Positions 57,640 to 64,000 of a stretch of 64,000 nucleotides of DNA are shown piece after piece. The translations under genes and the position numbers were made by a program. This stretch comes from Patescibacteria group bacterium (GTDB taxonomy: Bacteria; Patescibacteriota; Patescibacteriia; UM-FILTER-42-10). The stretch spans positions 25,007-89,006 of the forward strand of contig JBAYGC010000003.1 of NCBI GenBank assembly GCA_041666845.1, in the 5' to 3' direction. How positions within the stretch are numbered: the stretch's first letter is position 1; the number at the start of each line of letters is the position of its first letter. The notes beneath the pieces are model-generated. The model did not search any database, was not told where the DNA came from, and saw only the letters and a list, made by a program, of their open reading frames with translations.

Positions 57640-57665
57640 AAAAAAGCGCTTATAAGCGCTTTTTT
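57640..57665. terminator. Bidirectional terminator between recR and rplU
   Basis: AAAAAAGCGCTTATAAGCGCTTTTTT palindrome. Confidence 0.75.
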
Positions 57666-57674
57666 AATTTATTA

Positions 57675-57992
57675 TTATCCGGTAATTTTCTGAATTTGTA
57701 ATTTAGTATACCATTGACGATGACCCTTAGTTCTGTGATAACGGGTCTTGGATTTATATTTTACTACCATTACCTTCTTTGCCTGCTTTTCTTCCAGCAC
57801 TTTACACACAACTTGAGCTCCTTTGACATTCGGGGTTCCTAATGATATTTTCTTGCCCGTATCATCGGAAACAAGCAATACATCCTTAAGTGTCACTTCA
57901 TCCCCTTCTTTTTTACCAAGTTTTTCGACTTTAAGAACGTCGTTTTCCTTTACTTTATACTGTTTTCCCCCGGTTTTGATTACTGCGATCAT
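57675..57992 (-). CDS. rplU: 50S ribosomal protein L21
   Basis: AVIKTGGKQYKV, GHRQ. Confidence 0.98.
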   Translation of the reverse strand: MIAVIKTGGKQYKVKENDVLKVEKLGKKEGDEVTLKDVLLVSDDTGKKISLGTPNVKGAQVVCKVLEEKQAKKVMVVKYKSKTRYHRTKGHRQWYTKLQIQKITG

Positions 57993-58047
57993 AAATTTAT
58001 TCTTTAATTAAAAATCCTCATAAGTGTAAGCTTTCCGATAGCTTCTG

Positions 58048-59154
58048 TCAAGACGCCCTTGAGCTCCTCTTTTTATAGATAATCACCAAAGATAAGCCCA
58101 AAATAACCATTGCCATAACCAGTACAATCAGTGAAATCAGCTTTCCTTTTGTCGATAAAAACAGGGACGTAGCCCCAAAAGCACCGGTCACTATATACAA
58201 GAAGATCACTGCCTGTCTATGTGAAAGACCGATGTCCAGAAGTCGGAAATGCAGATGTCTTTTGTCCCCCCAGAATGGTGAATGCTTTTCTTTAAAAACT
58301 CTTCTGAAAATTACCCAGGCCACATCCAAAAGTGGAACACCCATGATCAAAAGTGCGGTAGCAATTTTTGCTCCACTAATGATTGCTAAGACGCCTAATA
58401 CAAACCCGATAAACGTAGAACCGCCCTCCCCCAAGAATATGCGCGCGGGATGAAAACTGTAAATTAGAAAACCAGCTAACGCACCGGCAAAAATAATTGA
58501 AAGCAATGCTGTCTCCGGCTGGGCAACATTACTCGTGAGACTGAGTGCAAATATTACAACCGCGCCGATCGTCCCAATCCCCGGTACCAATCCGTCCAGT
58601 CCGTCTAAAAATTTTGTAGTATAAACCATAACCATTATCCAAATGAATGCGATCAGATCCGCCCAAAGCGTAATTGAATAAGGAGTATTACCGATTCTGA
58701 AAACTTCCAGCCTAATCGTATCAAGTTGCAGTGTACCACCAAATGGACTGGAAATATACGGGATACCGACACCAACCGCGATGATTACCAGCCCTGCCAA
58801 CGCCGGCCAGATCAACTGTAGATGCGGTTTTAACCTGTATTTATCATCCAAATATCCCCCGATCATTAACAAAGTTCCGGCTACCAGAATTCCAATGATA
58901 TGTTTCTGCAACATATAACCACCCAGCATTTGATCCGTAAATAAAGTATAATAAAGCAGGACAACCGCAAAACCGATGAAGACAGCAAGCCCACCTAATA
59001 GAGGCACGGGAGTTTTTTGAATTTTTCTCTCGGGATCTGTTTCGGGATTATCCAATATATTGTTTTTGACAGCAAACTTTCTAACCAGTGGAGTAATTAA
59101 TACCACGGCCAGGAAAGACAGAATAAATGGGATAATATATGAAGTGTAATTCAT
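58048..59154 (-). CDS. MraY/WecA/TagO family polyprenyl-phosphate sugar-phosphate transferase
   Basis: PLLGG, DD, DGLDGL, PARIFLG, HLHFRL. Confidence 0.92.
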   Translation of the reverse strand: MNYTSYIIPFILSFLAVVLITPLVRKFAVKNNILDNPETDPERKIQKTPVPLLGGLAVFIGFAVVLLYYTLFTDQMLGGYMLQKHIIGILVAGTLLMIGGYLDDKYRLKPHLQLIWPALAGLVIIAVGVGIPYISSPFGGTLQLDTIRLEVFRIGNTPYSITLWADLIAFIWIMVMVYTTKFLDGLDGLVPGIGTIGAVVIFALSLTSNVAQPETALLSIIFAGALAGFLIYSFHPARIFLGEGGSTFIGFVLGVLAIISGAKIATALLIMGVPLLDVAWVIFRRVFKEKHSPFWGDKRHLHFRLLDIGLSHRQAVIFLYIVTGAFGATSLFLSTKGKLISLIVLVMAMVILGLSLVIIYKKRSSRAS

Positions 59155-59558
59155 CGTTTATTTTTTCCCATATAACTTTCTAAGATCAGTATTGCTGCCT
59201 GCCGGTCAATATTTCCCTTCGGTTTCCTTCTGCCCGGGATATCCCTCAATAAACGCTCGGCAAATTGGCTGGTTAAACGTTCATCCTCCAACACGACAGG
59301 AATCTTAATTCTGCCTCCTAATGTATCCGCAAATCTTTTTATTTTTTCGGACTGCGCATTTTCCTCTCCGCGCATATTAACCGGAAAACCGACAATGACT
59401 TTTTCAATACTTTCTTTTTCTATAAAATCACAAATCTTCTGAATAATATTGGCAGAATTATCCATTGTATCACCTGGGAAAATATAATCCTGCTTTTCAT
59501 CAGAAGTAGCAATACCTATCCTTTTATCTCCATAATCAATTCCCAAGAGTTTTCCCAT
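59151..59558 (-). CDS. ruvX: YqgF/RuvX nuclease
   Basis: LGIDYGDKRIGIATSD, DERLTS, AAILILE. Confidence 0.95.
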   Translation of the reverse strand: MGKLLGIDYGDKRIGIATSDEKQDYIFPGDTMDNSANIIQKICDFIEKESIEKVIVGFPVNMRGEENAQSEKIKRFADTLGGRIKIPVVLEDERLTSQFAERLLRDIPGRRKPKGNIDRQAAILILESYMGKNKR

Positions 59559-59560
59559 AT

Positions 59561-60331
59561 TTATTCCTCGGTTATTATTGTGCATCCGTTTTTGGTAACC
59601 ACGACTGTATGTTCAAAATGGGCGGAAAGACTCTTATCAACCGTGCTGATTGTCCATTGGTCATCCTCGGTTTGTACCAATTCATCACCCACGTTGACCA
59701 TCGGTTCTATTGCGATCGTCATCCCTTCTTCCAGTTCAATACCGGTTTTTGGTTTACCGTAATTAGGAATTCTGGGATCCTCATGTATTTCCTTACCCAC
59801 ACCATGGCCGACTAACTGCTTTACAACTGAGAATCCTTCATTCTCAACATACAGCTCTATAGCTGATCCGATATCACCGACCCTAGCCCCGCTTTTAACT
59901 TTGGCAATTCCTTTCCGCAACGCCTTTGCCGTAACATCCAACAACCTCTGTTTATCATCAGAAATCTCACCCACTCCGACCGTAACCGCCGTATCAGTAC
60001 AGAGCCCTTTATAAAACATCCCGATATCCAACCCAATAATATCTCCTTCTTTCAGGATCATATTCTTACTAGGGATTCCGTGTACCACCTCATTATTGAC
60101 TGAAGTACAGAGTGTCGCAGGATACGGATTGTCTTCATCGCCTTCCACTGTATAATTCAAAAAGGCCGGTACACCGCCGGCAGCACGAATCAGTTTTTCC
60201 GCTAAACTGTCCAGTTCAAAAGTAGAAATACCTGGCTTTGCGGCGTTGGCAACTTGATTTAATATGCCTGCCAGAAGTTTCCCACATTCTTTCATGATTG
60301 CTATTTCTTCCGGAGTTTTGATGATTATCAT
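59561..60331 (-). CDS. map: Methionine aminopeptidase type I
   Basis: SVNNEVVHGIP, GHGVG..HEDP, AHFEHT. Confidence 0.98.
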   Translation of the reverse strand: MIIIKTPEEIAIMKECGKLLAGILNQVANAAKPGISTFELDSLAEKLIRAAGGVPAFLNYTVEGDEDNPYPATLCTSVNNEVVHGIPSKNMILKEGDIIGLDIGMFYKGLCTDTAVTVGVGEISDDKQRLLDVTAKALRKGIAKVKSGARVGDIGSAIELYVENEGFSVVKQLVGHGVGKEIHEDPRIPNYGKPKTGIELEEGMTIAIEPMVNVGDELVQTEDDQWTISTVDKSLSAHFEHTVVVTKNGCTIITEE

Positions 60332-60996
60332 TGTTTTGCGAATTCACTGTTATTTAATTTGGAAACAATTTCATCTGCCACATCTTTGATCCGCTGCTCA
60401 CCGTTAATCCTAATCAGCACGCCTTGATTCAGATACATGTCCAACACCGGCTCCGTATCGTGATGATATATTGCTAGCCTTTCTTTAATTACCGGCTCCG
60501 TATCATCCTCCCGATGAATCAACTGCCTGCCACATTTATCACAGACACCTTCTTTCTTCGGAGGATTATATTTAACGTGATATGTCATCCCGCATGAACA
60601 GATTCTCCGTCCAGTGATCCTTCTGACTGCTTCTTCATCCGAAATAGCAATTTCTAATGCAACATCAATTTTTACAATTTCATTAAGAAACTTCGCTTGT
60701 ACAATATTGCGTGGGTACCCATCGAAAACAAAACCGGCTCGGGCATCAAGCTCCATAAGTCGTTCCGCTACCAGTTTATTGGTAATATCATCCGGCACAA
60801 GTCTTCCATTCTTAATGAATTGCTCTACAATCTTCCCCAAGTCTGTCCTCTTCTGAATATGCTGGCGGTAAATATTACCGGTGGAGATCCAAGGTAGATG
60901 AAGATCTTCAGCGATTATTTCTGCCTGAGTTCCCTTACCTGAACCCTGGGGGCCGAAAACCACCACTCTTTTTATCAAATTATTTGATATTATCAT
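60328..60996 (-). CDS. adk: Adenylate kinase
   Basis: GPQGSGKGTQA, DGYPR, Zn lid. Confidence 0.97.
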   Translation of the reverse strand: MIISNNLIKRVVVFGPQGSGKGTQAEIIAEDLHLPWISTGNIYRQHIQKRTDLGKIVEQFIKNGRLVPDDITNKLVAERLMELDARAGFVFDGYPRNIVQAKFLNEIVKIDVALEIAISDEEAVRRITGRRICSCGMTYHVKYNPPKKEGVCDKCGRQLIHREDDTEPVIKERLAIYHHDTEPVLDMYLNQGVLIRINGEQRIKDVADEIVSKLNNSEFAKQ

Positions 60997-61078
60997 ATAT
61001 TCATTATAGAATCTCTTCTCAAAAAAGAAAACCCGAGGTTATTCCTCGGTACTGTCCTTAGATCAGAATATTTGTTTA

Positions 61079-62383
61079 TTAAAACCCTTCATAATCACGC
61101 ATTACGAGTTTTGACTCAATCTGTTTAACAGTTTCCAATACAACACTTACCACGATTAACAAACTAGTTCCGCCAAGCACCAATGATTTAATTCCGGTAG
61201 CAGCCTGGATAATAAAAGGTAAAACGGCAATCGCGCCAAGAAATAAAGCTCCGGTTAACAGAATACGGTTCGACACATATCCCAGATATTCAGTAGTTGG
61301 TTTTCCCGGTCTGATCCCAGGGACAAACCCTCCCTGTTTCTGCAGATTTTCCGATATCTGATCAGGATGAAAAATCACTGCTGTATAAAAATATGTAAAC
61401 GCCACTACAAAAGTAAAATACGTAATTCCGTAGAAAAGCTGGTTATTAAATATGTTAACAACCCACTGCGCAAAATTTGCAATCCAAGCGGTATCTGATC
61501 CGATAAAATATTGAGCGATAATCGGCGGAATCAAAACGATGGAAATTGCAAAGATAATTGGAATAACTCCGGCCTGATTAACACGTAACGGGAGATGGGT
61601 GCTAACCCCACCATATACCTTATTACCCCTGATTCTTCTTGCATAAGAAACCGGGATATTTCTTTGCCCCTCAGTAATAATAACCACTCCGGTAATGGTA
61701 ATGATTCCGATGACAATAAATGCTAAGTATGTAAATATCTGACTTGGATCAAACACGGCAAAAGTCTGCTGGATTGATCTGGGCAGGGCGGCAACGATAC
61801 CGGCAAAGATTAAGACTGATATTCCGTTCCCGATACCCTTTTCGGTAATCAATTCTCCCAGCCACATTAACATTATACTTCCGGCCGTAATCATAATTAT
61901 TGCCGATGCCCACTGGAAAGACGTTAAATTGCCGATTATTCCCTGCGCAGTGGCGCCTACGGCCGACCCTCCGGTTCTTTGTAGAATAGTAATAGTGCTA
62001 TAAGCCTGCAATGCGGCTAAAGGCACTGCCAGCAGTCTTTGGTATTGATTAATTTTCGCCTGACCCGCTTCACCATCTTTCTGGATTTCCTGCAAGCGCG
62101 GAATGATCATTACCAATAATTGGAAAATAATGGAAGCCGTAATATAAGGCCCCAATCCAAGCATGACCACTGAAAAGTTTTCCAGCGCTCCGCCGGAAAA
62201 CATATTCAAAAGACCCAGTACCTGATTGGAACTGAAAAAATTCTTTAGGTTTTCAACATCAACTCCCGGGACTGGAACATGTGCCGCAATTCTGAAAACC
62301 AAGAGCAGACCTAAAACATATAGGATCTTATTCCGGATATCTTTCACCTTCCATAATTGGAGCACTTTTTCAAATGCGGACAT
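61079..62383 (-). CDS. secY: Preprotein translocase SecY
   Basis: PYITASII, GIGNGIS, PGIRPG, GGTSLLI. Confidence 0.98.
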   Translation of the reverse strand: MSAFEKVLQLWKVKDIRNKILYVLGLLLVFRIAAHVPVPGVDVENLKNFFSSNQVLGLLNMFSGGALENFSVVMLGLGPYITASIIFQLLVMIIPRLQEIQKDGEAGQAKINQYQRLLAVPLAALQAYSTITILQRTGGSAVGATAQGIIGNLTSFQWASAIIMITAGSIMLMWLGELITEKGIGNGISVLIFAGIVAALPRSIQQTFAVFDPSQIFTYLAFIVIGIITITGVVIITEGQRNIPVSYARRIRGNKVYGGVSTHLPLRVNQAGVIPIIFAISIVLIPPIIAQYFIGSDTAWIANFAQWVVNIFNNQLFYGITYFTFVVAFTYFYTAVIFHPDQISENLQKQGGFVPGIRPGKPTTEYLGYVSNRILLTGALFLGAIAVLPFIIQAATGIKSLVLGGTSLLIVVSVVLETVKQIESKLVMRDYEGF

Positions 62384-62386
62384 GCC

Positions 62387-62899
62387 TTATTTTCCTTTTT
62401 CTTTTTTTTCTTTTCTTTCCTGCTCTATTTTTTGTTGATGAGAAGGTTGGCGCTCAATAACGATTACATTACCTCCTGCTTTTTTTATAGCATCTTCTGC
62501 TGTTTTAGAAAAGCGGTGGGCAGAGACCGTTACTTTCTTTTTGATTGATCCGTTACTCAGAATTTTAATGCCAGGATAGATTTCCGGAACCAGCTTAGCC
62601 TTCAAGATCTTAGCGGGTGTAATATTTGCACCCTCCTCAAAAGTGGCATTCAACTGGCCCAAATTTACAATATGCATTTGTAGTTTAAAACTCTTGAATC
62701 CTCTGGTTTTGGCAACCTGTCTGATAAATGAAGGTGCTTTTTTACCATGATGGACCGCTTTGCGTCTGCCACCTGAACGGGAACGCTGTCCTTTCAATCC
62801 CCTTCCGCCATAAGTACCACCCTTACCGGAATCACCGCGAGCGATTCTTTTCCGTTTCTGTTTATTAGAGTTCTTTAATTGTGAGAGTTGTAATGTCAT
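62387..62899 (-). CDS. rplO: 50S ribosomal protein L15
   Basis: GRGLKGQRSRSG, AIKKAGG; position in spc operon. Confidence 0.95.
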   Translation of the reverse strand: MTLQLSQLKNSNKQKRKRIARGDSGKGGTYGGRGLKGQRSRSGGRRKAVHHGKKAPSFIRQVAKTRGFKSFKLQMHIVNLGQLNATFEEGANITPAKILKAKLVPEIYPGIKILSNGSIKKKVTVSAHRFSKTAEDAIKKAGGNVIVIERQPSHQQKIEQERKEKKEKGK

Positions 62900-62905
62900 A
62901 ATTGA

Positions 62906-63418
62906 TTATGATTTTTTTAATTGTTCTATTTCCTCTTTCGTTCTCATTTTCTTCAAAGCCTGAATAGTAGCACGAACATTACTTATCTTGTTTTTAGAAG
63001 CAAGCATTTTACTGACAACGTTTTTAATACCGGACAATTCCAGTACCGCTCGAACCGGTCCGCCGGCAATAATTCCCCTACCTTGTGTTGCCGGTTTTAG
63101 TAAAACCTGCGCGCCACAATTTTTTTCCAGCACCACATGAGGAATCGAGTCTTTAACAATTTTTACAGTGAATAAATCTTTCTTGGCCAAGGTAATCGCT
63201 TTGTTTACAGCCGTTGCAACATCCGCGCCTTTACTGACGCCCATTCCCACCTTACCCTTACGATCCCCGACAACGACACAAGCTCTAAAACGCATACGTT
63301 TTCCGCCGGCCTGAACCCTAGTTACGCGAGTAATCTCGATAACTTTCTGGTCAAATTCATCCTTTTCTCTTTCTTCCCTTTTTGGAAATCTTTTTGATGT
63401 ATTTTGTGGCATTGACAT
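62906..63418 (-). CDS. rpsE: 30S ribosomal protein S5
   Basis: RVTRVQAGGKRMRF, GIIAGG. Confidence 0.98.
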   Translation of the reverse strand: MSMPQNTSKRFPKREEREKDEFDQKVIEITRVTRVQAGGKRMRFRACVVVGDRKGKVGMGVSKGADVATAVNKAITLAKKDLFTVKIVKDSIPHVVLEKNCGAQVLLKPATQGRGIIAGGPVRAVLELSGIKNVVSKMLASKNKISNVRATIQALKKMRTKEEIEQLKKS

Positions 63419-63426
63419 GTATATTG

Positions 63427-63792
63427 TTAGAATTTAAGTCCGCCTTCTCGGGCGCCTTCCGCTACCGCTTTAACTCTGCCGTGATATCTGACTCCAGCTC
63501 TGTCAAAAACAACTTCCGTTACTTTCTTTGCAACCGCCTGCTGAGCAATCAGTTTACCGACTTCGCGAGCAACATCAACTTTCTTTCCGGACTGTTTCGC
63601 TTTTGGCAGTTTTAAATCATTGGTGCTGGTAATTGTATTACCGGCCTTATCATCAATAACCTGAACATAAATATGTTTAAGACTCCGATGCACGGCTAAA
63701 CGTGGTCGTTCCGCGTTGCCTTGAATCTTAGCGCGTGTACGAGCCTTTCTTCTTTTCCTTGTTATTCTTTTTTGGATCAGTATGTTTTTCAT
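63427..63792 (-). CDS. rplR: 50S ribosomal protein L18
   Basis: RPRLAVHRS, FDR..YHGRVKAVAEGAREGGLKF. Confidence 0.98.
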   Translation of the reverse strand: MKNILIQKRITRKRRKARTRAKIQGNAERPRLAVHRSLKHIYVQVIDDKAGNTITSTNDLKLPKAKQSGKKVDVAREVGKLIAQQAVAKKVTEVVFDRAGVRYHGRVKAVAEGAREGGLKF

Positions 63793-63823
63793 GATTCTTC
63801 CAAACAATTAATATTTCTAAATA

Positions 63824-64000
63824 TTATTTCTCTGAGCTTTTAACAACTTTGCCAGCTTTTCGGCGTATCTTCTCATCCATATATTTCATTCCCTTACCCT
63901 TGTATGGTTCAGGTACTTTAATATGTCTTATTTCAGCGGCTGTCTGGCCGACTTTCTGTTTATCAATACCGGATATGGTCAGTACGTTTTTTTCAATTTT
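63824..64000 (-). CDS. rplF: 50S ribosomal protein L6 (3' part, runs off the window)
   Basis: Manual translation ..[29 protein letters not shown]. Confidence 0.95.
   Translation of the reverse strand, partial: KIEKNVLTISGIDKQKVGQTAAEIRHIKVPEPYKGKGMKYMDEKIRRKAGKVVKSSEK

Noticed and set aside
2438-63615. Numerous antisense or alternate-frame ORFs overlapping conserved genes (e.g. 2438-2857, 34012-34581, 55683-56195)
   Set aside because: Shadow ORFs of well-supported genes with no recognisable motifs
1-64000. Alternative genetic code (TGA=Gly as in Gracilibacteria)
   Set aside because: Conserved genes are full length under code 11 and several end in TGA

Overview
64 kb of chromosome from a low-GC bacterium, most likely Patescibacteria/CPR (inferred from rpsE abutting rplO with no rpmD/L30, a short AspRS lacking the insertion domain, an archaeal-type PyrH and many CPR-type hypotheticals). 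It uses the standard code, with TGA as stop. Most genes are on the minus strand. Housekeeping content: end of the spc operon, rplJL with L10 leader, rpsB-tsf, rpmE-prfA-prmC, gap/tpiA, scpAB, aspS/asnS, dnaB-ybaB-recR and seven tRNAs. Accessory content: HEPN and Fic toxin-antitoxin-like pairs; two giant multidomain surface proteins with LPxTG-like signals followed by a sortase, each with a Cys-bracketed dockerin-like insert; and a Y1/HUH (RAYT-like) transposase between palindromic direct repeats next to tRNA-Glu. The least ordinary signal is non-coding. (i) Three tRNA genes (Pro, Trp, Lys) each have an upstream copy of their own 5' end interrupted between nt 12 and 13 by a GC-rich hairpin ending in GG, and a 3' fragment is interrupted the same way in the T-loop. 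(ii) A miniature inverted-repeat element with an apparent 4-bp target duplication sits at two start codons and one -35 box. (iii) Several families of nested palindromic repeats are present. All product calls come from reading motifs by eye; no searches were run.
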